DNA of 64,000 bases from Octopus vulgaris (lineage: Eukaryota): NCBI GenBank assembly GCA_951406725.2, contig OX597838.1:248001-312000 (forward strand), written 5' to 3'. Position numbers and translations under genes: made by a program. Shown in pieces: positions 13,401 to 26,449 of this stretch (position 1 is its first letter; each line of letters begins with the position of its first letter). The notes below the pieces were generated by a model. That model saw nothing but the letters and a program-made list of their open reading frames with translations, was not told the origin of the DNA and did no database searches.

Positions 13401-15610
13401 GCAATCCTACCACCTACCAGCTTATATCCTCATATTCAACTCCCCTGACATTTTGCCATCCTACCACTGACCAGCTTATATCCTCATATTCAACTCCCCT
13501 GACATTTTGCCATCCTACCACTGACCAGCTTATATCCTCATATTCAACTCCCCTGACATTTTGCCATCCTACCACTGACCAGCTTATATCCTCATATTCA
13601 ACTCCCCTGACATTTTGCCATCCTGCCACTGACCAGCTTATATCCTCATATTCAACTCCCCTGACATTTTGCCATCCTACCACTGACCAGCTTATATCCT
13701 CATATTCAACTCCCCTGACATTTTGCCATCCTACCACTGACCAGCTTATATCCTCATATTCAACTCCCCTGACATTTTGCCATCCTACCACTGACCAGCT
13801 TATATCCTCATATTCAACTCCCCTGACATTTTGCAATCCTACCACTGACCAGCTTATATCCTCATATTCAACTCCCCTGACATTTTGAAATCCTACCACT
13901 GACCAGCTTATATCCTCATATTCAACTCCCCTGATATTTTGCAATCCTACCACCTACCAGCTTATATACTCACATTCAACTCCCCTGACATTTTGCCATC
14001 CTACCACTGACCAGCTTATATCCTCATATTCAACTCTCCTGACATTTTGCAATCCTACCACTGACCAGCTTATATCCTCATATTCAACTCCCCTGACATT
14101 TTTCAATCCTACCACTGACCAGCTTATATCCTCATATTCAACTCCCCTGACATTTTGCCATCCTACCACTGACCAGCTTATATCCTCATATTCAACTCCC
14201 CTGACATTTTGCCATCCTACCACTGACCAGCTTATATCCTCATATTCAACTCACTGACATTTTGACATCCTACCACTGACCAGCTTATATCCTCATATTC
14301 AACTCCCCTGACATTTTGCCATCCTACCACTGACCAGCTTATATCCTCATATTCAACTCCCCTGACATTTTGCCATCCTACCACTGACCAGCTTATACCC
14401 TAATATTCAACTCCCCTGACATTTTGCCATCCTACCACTGACCAGCTTATATCCTCATATTCAACTCCCCTGACATTTTGCCATCCTACAACTGACCAGC
14501 TTATATCCTCATATTCAACTCCCCTGACATTTTGCAATCCTACCACTGACCAGCTTATATCCTCATATTCAACTCCCTGACATTTTGCAATCCTACCACT
14601 GACCAGCTTATATCCTCATATTCAACTCCCCTGACATTTTGCAATCCTACCACTGACCAGCTTATATCCTCATATTCAACTCCCCTGACATTTTGCCATC
14701 CTACCACTGACCAGCTTATATCCTCATATTCAACTCCCCTGACATTTTGCCTTCCTACCACTGACCAGCTTATATCCTCATATTCAACTCCCCTGACATT
14801 TTGCCATCCTACCACTGACCAGCTTATATCCTCATATTCAACTCCCCTGACATTTTGCCATCCTACCACTGACCAGCTTATATCCTCATATTCAACTCCC
14901 CTGACATTTTGCCATCCTACCACTGTCCAGCTTATATCCTCATATTCAACTCCCCTGACATTTTGCCATCCTACCACTGACCAGCTTATATCCTCATATT
15001 CAACTCCCCTGACATTTTGCCATCCTACCACTGACCAGCTTATATCCTCATATTCAACTCCCCTGACATTTTGCCATCCTACCACTGACCAGCTTATATC
15101 CTCATATTCAACTCCCCTGACATTTTGCCATCCTACCACTGACCAGCTTATATCCTCATATTCAACTCCCCTGACATTTTGCCATCCTACCACTGACCAG
15201 CTTATATCCTCATATTCAACTCCCCTGACATTTTGCCATCCTACCACTGACCAGCTTATATCCTCATATTCAACTCCCCTGACATTTTGCCATCCTACCA
15301 CTGACCAGCTTATATCCTCATATTCAACTCCCCTGACATTTTGCCATCCTACCACTGACCAGCTTATATCCTCATATTCAACTCCCCTGACATTTTGCCA
15401 TCCTACCACTGACCAGCTTATATCCTCATATTCAACTCCCCTGACATTTTGCCATCCTACCACTGACCAGCTTATATCCTCATATTCAACTCCTCTGACA
15501 TTTTGCCATCCTACCACTGACCAGCATATATCCTCATATTCAACTCCCCTGACATTTTGCCATCCTACCACTGACCAGCTTATATCCTCATATTCAACTC
15601 CCCTGACATT
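10419..15610. repeat. 54-bp minisatellite, about 96 copies
   Basis: Unit CCCCTGACATTTTGCCATCCTACCACTGACCAGCTTATATCCTCATATTCAACT repeated head-to-tail, with point variants and 1-nt deletions near 11770, 14252 and 14575. Confidence 0.99.
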
Positions 15611-15760
15611 GCTCATGTAAACAAACAACTGCTTTTATTAAGTCACGAAACAATGGATTTTGCAAATGTTAGAATTCCTACAATTCTAAGTCAGAATATT
15701 CCATTCTCCAAAAATACCTGTGCAGGAATTAACACGTACACCTAGACACACACACACACA

Positions 15761-15792
<32 letters not shown>

Positions 15793-15999
15793 TACACACA
15801 TACTCACACACACACACACACACAAACATAAACGCACTCACATATACATACGTACTCAAGCACACACACGTATCATATGTATACATACACATACACACGC
15901 ACCCACATATACATGTATACGCATATTTATGTTTGTTTGTATGTTCAGTTATAATAAAACAATTTTACAGTAATCTGATGGGTCATTCTAAACTTTTGT

Positions 16000-17215
16000 A
16001 GAGTTCAAATTTATTATTCTTAAACATCAATATTGTTGACAGTGACTTCGAAGTTTCGGCTAGCAAAGTCATCGTCGGACTGCAATACATTGAAATTATT
16101 GGATTTATGTAGTTCCTGTTGAAATAAAATTGTCCTTGGGTTTGTGGGTTTCTGTTGAATGGTAATTAGGTTGAAGGATGGATTATGATTGGAGAGATGT
16201 GGAAAAACTTTGATTAAATTTGGGTTTATGTTATTGTTGAGAATTTTTTCATGCGTGTAGAACTTTGTAAACATGTGTGTAAGCTTCGCTTCATAGGATT
16301 GTCATTTAGTGGTTCACACAAATTACGTAGGCAGGTATAGGAAGTTCTTTTTTCTTTCTAATCAGCGTATGTGTCATTAGTTTCAGTTACGTTCGGTTTT
16401 ATTGTTACCAGTCGTTTGCTTTGATAACGCAAAGGTCGAAGTCTCGCAAGTTCAATCCAGCATTTAAAAACTTAGTAAATGTGAGTCATCTGTTTTTTAG
16501 GAATTTTTAAGGTTCCACAAAAGAATATAAGAAGGTGGTATGTTTTAGCTGGTCAGAAGGTGAGGTCATTAGCAGAGCATGTCATGGTGTTGTTAGTTGA
16601 GAAATTTGTTGTGCTTTGATGCTCACAAGATGTGGGTAGATGTAAAAAGGTTGTTGGTAGGTATATTTTTCTGGGGGGGGGGGGGTTCATTGTCTTACTA
16701 ACGATTTGATTGATTATGTAGAAATTTCAACCTTGGAACCTATGGAAGCAGAGTCTCTAGGTTGTGTATATAAATATTTCTTCAAATATATACATAGATC
16801 TTGTTTAAGGTGTTTAAAATGACGAGAGATCAAAAAATGAGGAGTGCTGTGATATATGCTGATATACTCCTGGAATAATTATGTGGTAAGTTTGTTGTAT
16901 TAATACGAGATAATTGATTAAGGCCGGTCATGACAAGTAAAATCCAAACAGAAAAAAAGAAAGAAGGTGAGTAGATAGTCCGTTATAATATGTTAGTTTC
17001 AGATTGTTTGCAAGGAGTTGCACTAACTGCACACCTAATCTTAAAACGGCTACGAGGCTCAATATGCACAACCTTCTTCCTTCTTTTTCAATTTTAGATT
17101 TTACTTATGACGACCTTTCTTAATCCACTAATATCATTTCTACAAACATACCTTATAACTATTCCGGGAGTATATCAGCATATATCACAACTATATAAAT
17201 ATTCCTCAGCCGGAC
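16000..17215 (-). mobile_element. Highly degenerate Penelope-like element remnant with a short inverted repeat
   Basis: Broken AT-rich minus-strand reading (KCWTC..., IKVFPHL...QQKPTNPRTIL) resembling the PLE linker. Inverted repeat at 16849-16905 versus 17133-17189. Confidence 0.4.
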
Positions 17216-17359
17216 TTTTTGTTAATTTCTTCTGATTTAAACTCTTTAAGCAGTCTTTTCTCCTTCCAAATTGTATCAAAATATAAATGTCATCATCTGA
17301 CCAGATGCCAGTTGTTTGCCATTCATATATTCATATATATATAAATATATAGTCTTTAT

Positions 17360-18239
17360 GTAACATGTAGCCGAGAATTATCTCGGAAGAGAATTGGCCT
17401 GTCTCAATTGACCAATCTCAATAGTTTATTGCAAGTTGATTCATCATTTCATCCGATTAGTTGATGTATACATCCGTTGTAATTGACTTATCAGGTTTCA
17501 TGAAGCTGTAGTGGATGACACCAGCACTGGACCACCAAACAAACACCATTAGCTTTTTTCGGGGAATATTCTTTTTGGAATTGTGTTTTGGCACTTCGTT
17601 TCTATCCAACCACCGTGCAAGAACGTTTGCTATTGAAAATAAACCATATACGATGCAAAAATGGTTCGCTTTTATGCCGTAAGAGCAAAGAACACAAGTT
17701 TCAAGACGACGTGTCATTTGGCCGTTGTTCAGTTCGTCTGCTACTCACTTGTCCAGCTTCTTTATCTTGCCGGTTTGTTTCAGATGGTCCAGTATAGTTG
17801 GAATCGAAACATCAAATATTGTTGCTAACTCACGCCTAGTGTGAGATGTATCCGCTTCAAGTTCATATTTATCCACCTTAGTCTCAGGTCTACCACGGGG
17901 CTGACTTTCAAGAGTAAAGTCACCAGACCAGAACTTCTCAAACCATTGACGCACAGTGCGCTCATTCGTCACATTTTCACTAAACACCTCGCTGATGTTT
18001 CGAGCTGTCTGGGATACATTGATTCATAAATAACACGAATTTTTGATCTATCGAGGGTTCATAAAAATTGATTTACAAGAGAAAACTCACAATATAATCA
18101 GACACCATGAATTGCATTTCGAAAAGTAATGATGTAACTCTTCAATGTTGTAAAACAAAGAATTGTCAGGATAGAACATTAGAGTTAACGACTGTCAAAC
18201 TTGGTGCATAAGAAAATCGGACATTTCACTCTTAATGAC

Positions 18240-18245
<6 letters not shown>
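17360..18245 (-). mobile_element. Mariner transposon remnant
   Basis: NERTVRQWFEKFWSGDFTLESQPRGRP...RELATIFDVSIPTILDHLKQTGKIKKLDK and KKLMVFVWWSSAGVIHYSFMKP are mariner HTH and DDD-domain motifs. The element ends at a (TA)n run. Confidence 0.9.
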
Positions 18246-18318
<73 letters not shown>

Positions 18319-18336
18319 TTTTCACTTTTTACTATT

Positions 18337-18374
<38 letters not shown>

Positions 18375-18972
18375 TAAGAAGAAGGAGCAGTCAAAATTTT
18401 GGATAATCCTTTATTACCTTATATATAAATCGAAAAGAGGATGCTGTTTTGAATTGGCCCTCTGTCTTCCTCTCTCTCTCTTTCCCTCTCTCCCCTTCCA
18501 TCCTCTTATCTCTTTCTCCTCTTCTACATAAAACAAAACAATATCCTCTTCAATTTATATATAAGGCGAAAGACATTTTTTCTGCATTATATCTTGAAGA
18601 GTTAATTGAACGTACGAAAGTGCTGGTAAAGAATTATCCAAAATTCTGACTGCCTCCTTCTTCTTGATATACAATATCTGTACACCACTTCAAACACTAC
18701 ACACATATACACACACACATGTATGTATGTATGTATGTATGCATGCATGCACATACATATGTGCGTGTGTTTGTGTGTGTATGTATGTATGTATGCATGC
18801 ATGCACATACATATGTGCGTGTGTTTGTGTGTGTATGTATGTATGTTTGTATGTATGTATATATGTATATGTGTACACATGCACACATACACAAACACAG
18901 CAATTACATCCACATTTTTGAGAATTATAAGAACGGTAAAATTATTTCTTTCCTATTTACACCAACAGTCAC

Positions 18973-19028
<56 letters not shown>

Positions 19029-19035
19029 TAACAAC

Positions 19036-19382
19036 AACAACAAGAGTACTCAGAAAGCGCATACCTCTGCCAAAGCAACACCAACGTCCTCTCAACGATT
19101 AGCCAGAGATGATTTTTAAAATGAGAATATCTGAAATAAACTCGACTGCTCTCACAAACGAGAATACTAAAAATGAACCCGACCACTCTCAAAAATTAAG
19201 TAAATAAACAGGAAAAATAATCTAGAATCCTTGTCCGGTACTGGATCGATCCTAAAATCTAATCAGCTCATACCAGTCATCTTTCATCCGAATCCATCCA
19301 GCGGTTCTTGAGATGTCTTGTCCACTGACAAACAAACAAACGCGACTGAAAACAATATCTCTGTCTTAGCGAAGGAGGTAAT
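19036..19382. mobile_element. Short non-autonomous element inserted in an (AAT)n run, Helentron/HINE-like
   Basis: Starts AACAAGAG..ACCTCTGCCAAAG and ends CAAACAAAC...GAAAACAATATCTC..CTTAGCGAAGGAGGTAA, giving an imperfect subterminal inverted repeat. It splits an (AAT)n microsatellite. Confidence 0.45.
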
Positions 19383-20448
19383 AATAATAATATTATTATT
19401 GTTATTATTGCTATATAACTGTTTCTTTTTTTTCGTATACGTATATTTTATTTTGTCACGTTTGTTTTCGTCGTTGACCGTCCATTAGTTATTCCCAGTA
19501 TCTTTTCGCCACTGGCGCCATCAAAAGTAAATAATATCAACGTTAAAGGCTCGAAATTATAATGCTCTTTTGAACGTCCACTGATGAGGAATTAGCGACG
19601 AATTTTCTGGGGGGTTTTTTTCGAAAATTTTCCGACTGTTCTGCTTTTGTTAATTTTTTGAAGTGTGTGTGTGTGGATGGATGGATGGATGGATGGGCAG
19701 TGAGTGGATTTTAATTGATTATTATTATATGCTCTACAATTATAATTCTTGGATTTTCAGGCGCCTGATACTATTAAGTTGCATCCTTAACTTAATTACT
19801 GTATTATCTGATAGCCGGATTCCCTGCGGAGTGTTGATTGTGAGTTCTGTTTGATTCTCTGAATCCTTCTTTCTCTTTGTACATCTGTGTGTGTGTGTGC
19901 GTCTAAGGGTAAACATAATACGAACATACATATATACATACACAAACATACATTGACATACATATACATACACGTACGCGCGCGCATATGAGATGGCAGC
20001 GCGATGGCAAATTCATTTGAAAGCCAAACAGAATATATCGCAATTCTATCAAGGTGTATAAGCGGAACTGTAAAAACATGGACTGGGTGTGTTCTGGTAT
20101 CTACCCAGCTCTTCGTATTCTGAATTGAAACCCTGCTCTCTTCTACTAAGTTAGTAGACCTACTTTACCCGTCATCCGGTTTAACATCGTCACTCATTAT
20201 TTGGGGTATCATTAACAAAGCTTTGTGTTTTCACCTTCCGATCTTTCAACCTTCCACTTTTTGCATCTACTTCCTTCTCACCTTTTGTCCTGCACTAAGA
20301 CACCGAACGTGTTTATAAATGCGGTCTGAGACGCTTTCATGAGCTACTAATAGTAAGTCATAAAAACATGCATTGTGTTTATTAAATAATAATTATCTCT
20401 CACCAGATGGCGTACTTGTTTTCTTGATCTTACCATCATAGAACAGTA

Positions 20449-20551
<103 letters not shown>

Positions 20552-20788
20552 GAAATTAAATATAAATTATAAATTACAAAGTGGGACAAGAACGCAAAAA
20601 CACACAAAGAGACGACACAAAAAAACAGACGGGTCACTCGAAGCGTCTAATCTTCAGTCGGGAACCGGATCATCTTAGCAATTTCGGCAATATATATATA
20701 TATATATATATATTGATAAAAATGGTAAGACAACAAAAAAATGAAAGTGACCTCGATATTAAGTAAATTAGCATTTTTCCGATGGCCA

Positions 20789-20849
20789 GATAACTGAAGA
20801 GATAGCGGCGTGGATTTCCACCTCGGCATCCGAAACTCGGAGTTTTATC
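20789..20849 (+). ncRNA. Type I hammerhead ribozyme-like motif
   Basis: GATAA-CTGAAGA-GAT..GTGGA/TCCAC..ATC-CGAAA-CTCGGA-GTT-TTATC: helix I GATAA/TTATC, intact core, helix III ACTC/GAGT, triplet GUU. Confidence 0.65.
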
Positions 20850-20874
20850 ATGGCTACCGAATAATACTCACATA

Positions 20875-20946
<72 letters not shown>

Positions 20947-21329
20947 CAAAATTAGAAAATGGAGAAACATACTTAAATCAATCAAACATCAACCATCAGA
21001 TGATACCCAATCAATACTTTATTACACCATTACATAACAGTAAAGGCATTATACAAAATATATTGTAAATATAATTAGACAAGGAAATAGAAATATAAAA
21101 TATAAAATATAATATGTAATTATATCATATCTGACAGCTGTTTCGGCAGTAAGGGCAATCATGCCTCATTTAACCTATAAGCCATATAAGGCAGGTATAA
21201 ATGAGACATTAACATATATATATATATAATCCTAAAAGCTTAGGGGGGAAAAAAGCAAGAAAAAAAAACAACGCGAGGACGTGGTACATGCAAAGAATTA
21301 ATAAGACGCTTAAGGAAGGAAAGAAAGAG

Positions 21330-21366
21330 TGTTTTACGTTTCGAGCAAAGCTCTTCTTCAGAAACA
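21330..21366 (-). ncRNA. Minimal type I hammerhead ribozyme (Penelope-type)
   Basis: Minus strand GTTT-CTGAAGA-A-GAGC-TTT-GCTC-GAAA-C-GTA-AAAC: intact core, helix I GTTT/AAAC, helix II GAGC/GCTC, palindromic ACGT helix III, triplet GUA. Confidence 0.75.
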
Positions 21367-22319
21367 GAGGAATGTCCAAAAGAAAAGTAAGACAGGGAAA
21401 AATTGCCAACAATCCACTTGTAGTTATATTTTGGAACGTATATATATGGGTTTCTAATAACATTTTCCCTAACAAAATGGCAGAGCTCTTCGTTTTAAGG
21501 TACTTCTTGTGAGTTGTAGTTACATAAGTTGGCTGTGTATTGATGTGTTTGTGTGGCTGAACTTGCATTGATGTAGTGGGTGTGTGTGTCACTTTAGTTC
21601 ACTAGTGTGTGTACTTCATTACTGTTTACGTGTACTTCAATGCATTTATTATTGTGTGAATGTGTTCAGGAACCTCAAGTGGAGAATTTATGGAATGCTT
21701 TGCAATTTTTCCTTGTATCTCTAATCGATTGTATTTCGAGAATGCGAAACCCTTTACTGTTCAGTAGATGTTGTCCAAGTGACACATTTCGACACTCAAA
21801 TGTAGTCTGGGTTAATCTCGCCACTCTACCTCCGTATCTTCAAATGTCAGCTGAAGTAGTTTTTTGTCACTCTAGCTTCACTCACAGCACCAACTTACAA
21901 TATTTTCGTCGATTCCGAGATATTTATAACATTACTGATGACAATGGAGATAGACAGGCCATTGATAGCAATATTCCAGGCCCGATTGACAATCTTTCCT
22001 TGTTTCACTACCAAACACGAACACTTATCCTAACTAAACTCCATTCCTATGTCTCATGATATTATGACTACTTGTCATGAATGTTATTCGAGCACAGCTT
22101 CAGGTGTTTAACATAAAAGGTGTTGTTAAAATTAACTTTTCTTTGTTGAAATGAATGCATTTAATAAAAGGAAGAGGTGCGGCTTTTGTATGTTTGGGAG
22201 AAAAAAATACCACTTATTTAAACATAACGTAAATCTTAGCCGCCACCCTGTTTATTGTTATTTAGAAAACAAAGATTTTGTAAGTGGTATAATCTTGTTC
22301 ATAGCTCTCTCTCTCTCTC

Positions 22320-22407
<88 letters not shown>

Positions 22408-22479
22408 ACACACAACAACTTCTGTTTGTTCTTCAAGTTGCAATCGCGCAACTTTTAGTGCTTAGCTCTGAGTTTTATT

Positions 22480-22680
22480 AATGCTTATGGTAAAGAAAGT
22501 GTGATAGGAAACTATAAAGGCTTAAACTGGAATGGGACATTAGATGTCTGTATAACTGGTATGCGAGGAACGAAGACGGGGTCACCTTTATCACAACCAG
22601 TGAAAATATTTGCCTCGATGCAGTTCCTCATTGGTTTGTGCACAATTAGTGTAGAATCATTGCTTAATTTTGGACAAACA
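22480..22680 (-). mobile_element. Helitron PIF1-helicase fragment
   Basis: PKLSNDSTLIVHKPMRNCIEANIFTGCDKGDPVFVPRIPVIQTSNVPFQFKPL, homologous to the Helitron at 38650-38880. Confidence 0.85.
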
Positions 22681-22724
22681 AACAAACACGCCAACGGACA
22701 GAATCTCTCTCTCTCTCTCTCTCT

Positions 22725-22780
<56 letters not shown>

Positions 22781-23554
22781 TTTAACACATGGTACGACTC
22801 TACAACACTGTCTCTCTTCCCCTCTCCTACATTTCTCTGCTTTTCACACTTTGCACTCCACTTTGATCTGTCTCTCTCTCTTCACCCCCTCCTTGTTCCT
22901 TGTTCCCCTTCTTTCTCTCTTTATCTGTCCCTCTTTTCCTCTCTCTTTCCCTCACACTTGACTAGCCAACCGATTGCTAGCCTCTTCGTGGTCAGCAGCC
23001 GTTGCGGCAAGACACATTTTTTGTCTCTCTCTAGCCCTAAGGCTTTTTTCTAACGCCAGCTCAAAAATTTACTCGTCCTGTCGAAAAGACACTTGTCTGT
23101 GACGTCCTGTTTTTGTTGTTATTATTATTATCATTATTGTTTTTACGTATTTTTGTATTTTTATTCGTGTAACATCGTCCGTTTTCCGTCCCTGTGTTGT
23201 ATACATTCGAGGCTTTCTTCCAAGGAATCTCATGCGCTTGGCTTAGATTTTCCTTTGGGGCTGGCCAGATCGGAGCAATCTCAAGATTAATCAGCCGAAA
23301 TTGCGAAGATGATCCGGTTCTTGACTGAAGATTGAAGGCTTCGAATGTCCCGTCTGTGTTTTTTGTATCGTCTTCTAAATGTTTCACGTTCTTGTCCCAG
23401 TTTGTATTTTTTTTACATTTACATATATATATATATAGTTATATTTCGGAATGGTCATTTTGCCAGTTTAGCCAATAAAAACACACGCACTATATATTTG
23501 GTGTTATTTTGCTTCAGTGTTATTTATTTTTTACATTAATCTTAATCTTATTTC

Positions 23555-23599
23555 GGCCAGAGTTCTTTCGTCACACTCCTGTGACCGCATCAGTGGTCC
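23555..23599 (-). ncRNA. Hammerhead-like motif with one core substitution
   Basis: Minus strand GGACCA-CTGATGC-G-GTCAC-AGGAGT-GTGAC-GAAA-GAA-CTC-TGGCC. A9 is changed to C. Confidence 0.5.
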
Positions 23600-23860
23600 T
23601 TTGTTTTCTTCTTTCTTATTTGTGTCTCTCCTTACTAACCGTCAGCCATTTTGTATTTCTATTGTATGTCTTTATTTGCGCATGCTTATATCTCTAGGTG
23701 CGTCTATGTTTATTTAGTGTGTGTATGTGGGGGGATGCCTGTAAGATTTGTATCTTCTGTTTATATACGTTCATGTAATTTGTATTTTGTTTTTGTTGTT
23801 GTTGTTTTTGTTTATTCTTATTTTGTTCATGTGTTTACATCCACTTATTATTATCATTAC

Positions 23861-23891
<31 letters not shown>

Positions 23892-24380
23892 TGTATGTAT
23901 GTATAACAACAATACTAGTAATAATAATAATAAATCGAATCGAAAAAAAAATATATATGTAGTTATTTATTTCTATTTGTTTATCTATCTGTGTATTTAT
24001 TATGTTTTCGGGATCCTCTATCGTCATATGTTGTGGTGTGTGCTAGTGCTCCATTCTAGTTTTCTATTCAGGCTAGGTTTATTTTCTATTATGTGTGTAG
24101 CTTCTGTAATTTGCCTGGCTTTTCAACAACCTTAATTCTTAGCTTAAGTTTGTCTAGGGTCCTTCTAAAGCGGTACGCCAGTTCACCTCCAGGGGTGGTG
24201 TCAACGAACATGACACTCTGGTATTTATGGCTATCATACTAATAGTTGGCCTTCCCTATTTTCTTTTTTGTCCTTTCTATAGTATTCCATGACTTGTTCC
24301 CATTCCTATGATTACATAATATATTATCAAATTTCTTCATGGCTCCTTTGTATACTCTGATCCTTTCTTTATATTTAAAC

Positions 24381-24464
<84 letters not shown>

Positions 24465-24466
<2 letters not shown>

Positions 24467-26445
24467 AAATAAGCAACAAGGATATCCAGAGGTAATGCAG
24501 TACGATCGTTTCAAGCAACTCCATTTAATTGAACAATGCAGTCATTAAATCAATTTAAATGCAGAGCAATCCTCAACTGCATAAAGACATAGAATTTAAT
24601 TAAATTAAGGCAGATGGACACATTAGTGTAATTTTACCTAAGATCTCCAAGAAGGTAAGGAGAAAGACAAGGAGTATGCTGCCTTCACTTCAGCTTAGAA
24701 GCTACTAAGGTATCAGGAAGAAAGAATTGTTACAGATTGTGCTTTCTCTGTTTTATGGGGTCAGTTTTAATTTATAGACTACTTTATCAAATCTTTGTAT
24801 ATCTAAGGCTAAAAGAACAAGGAGTAGTGCCTGCTAGGAAGGGGGATGAGGGAGTCAACAGAAATCATAGTGGGTATAGTTATAAAAAACTATCAAGATT
24901 TATTTGAAGCAATATCATGAGATTTGGTAATGGAAATCTAATATCAAGATGTTAGCTGACAATGAAAGGGGCAAGCCAATAGTAGTAATGAAAGCAGGGG
25001 AAATCTTATCATGTGGTACTATAGTAAAATATTTTAAACAATATTGTCATATTGTATAAAGTTAAAGTTTAGGATTATTAAGAAGAATATTATAACAAAA
25101 GGATAAAAAAGTTTTTTTGAATACTTTTGAGTATATACCAAACTTTTACTGCAATAGAGGGAGGAAAAGAAATTATCTAGAAATAGTTTAATATTTATAC
25201 ATATTATATACTTAAATACTAACTTATCAGATGGTATCTGTGAATATTGATCAATAGGTATTTAATAAAGGAGTACTGAGGTAAAAGAACATGCTGACTA
25301 TATATTAATTAAATTATAATCTGAGCAGTTTATTTTAAGTAGTGAATATACCAGTATTGTTTTATATAAGCTAAGTATGAATTTATTGAGGTATAAAAAT
25401 TAGATTTATTTTATAAATAAAAGCTATTATAAAATAATAAAATAATCAGGTAGGACAGAACACCATAGAAAAGGAAGAAAATAACATAATCATTAAAAAC
25501 ATGATAAAGTATATATACCTTATTTGCATCAATATAGAAGATTTATAGAAAATGTATAATAATTTAAGTATACTAAACTAAAAATTATTTATATATTTAT
25601 TTAGTTAGTATCAATAAAGACTGATACTTGGTATTAACGAAAGGAATATTGATGTTATAGGACATTCTAATTATATACTAATTTTAAATTAAGAGGTATA
25701 ATATAGGTTTTAAAAATTATTAGTGTTAATCTGTACATGATATTACAGTTGCTTAGGGGTACTTAATTGGAAGGGCTACTTGTATAAAGGCCAATATAAA
25801 TACTAAGATCATGAGGGTAGAACACTTTAAGAAAGGGATAAATAAAGTAATTACTGAATCTATTTTAAACAATATAGCCATATTGCATAAAGTTAAAAAT
25901 CTAGGGTTATCAAGAAGATTTAGCATTAAGGCGAAAGAACAAGTTAACTATATATTAATTAAATTGTAATCTAAGCAGTTTATTTTTTAAGTTTTGAAGA
26001 TACCCATATTCTTTTATATAAGCTAAGTATGAATTTATAGGGGTACAAAAATTTAGGTTTATCTAAAGGCAATTATAAAGTATTAAGAAGTATTAAAATG
26101 ATTAAGTAGGGCAGAACACCATAGAAAAGGAATGAAATAGCTTAATCCCTAAAAACTATGATGAAGTATATATACACAACTTAGTAACATAAATAGAGAC
26201 AACTTATGGACAATGTATAATAATTTAATTATTTAAAACTAGAAGTGAAGACAGCATATTCCTTCTTGGAGGTTTTAGGTAAAATTATACTTATGTGGCC
26301 ATCCGTTTTAATTTAATTAAATTCTATTATGCAGCTGAGGATTGCTCTGCATTTAAATTGATGTAATGATTGTATTGTTCAATTAAATGGAGTTGCTTGA
26401 AACAATCGTACTGCATTACCTCTGGATATCCTTGTTGCGGATTTT
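24465..26445. mobile_element. AT-rich Penelope-like non-autonomous element with inverted hammerhead-bearing terminal repeats
   Basis: About 200-bp inverted repeats (24465-24690 and 26240-26445), each carrying a hammerhead-like motif, and internal diverged direct repeats (about 25035-25580 versus 25865-26240). No ORF. Confidence 0.7.
26329..26416 (+). ncRNA. Hammerhead-like motif with a long helix II
   Basis: ATGCAG-CTGAGGA-[hairpin CTCTGCATTTAAATTGA/TCAATTAAATGGAG]-GAAA-CAATC-GTA-CTGCAT; the base of helix II is unpaired. The inverted copy at 24495-24582 has a TTGAGGA core and a palindromic ACGATCGT helix III. Confidence 0.55.
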
Positions 26446-26449
26446 GATT

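Noticed and set aside
10419-15610. CRISPR array
   Set aside because: Units are contiguous with no unique spacers, there are no cas genes, and the context is eukaryotic.
10406-15628. Long ORFs (up to 459 aa) of VEYEDISWSVVGWQNVRG or PLTFCHPTTDQLISSYST repeats as a real protein
   Set aside because: They follow from a stop-free 54-bp unit. They are broken by 1-nt deletions and TAG variants, and have no convincing start or splice context.
19575-19640. Hammerhead (CTGATGAG...CGAAA)
   Set aside because: Core boxes are present but helices I and II pair poorly; too degenerate to call.
23290-23410. Hammerhead in the repeat shared (inverted) with 20575-20690
   Set aside because: CTGAAGA is present but is followed by CGAAT/CGAGT rather than GAAA, with no clear helices. 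Only the inverted repeat pair is supported.
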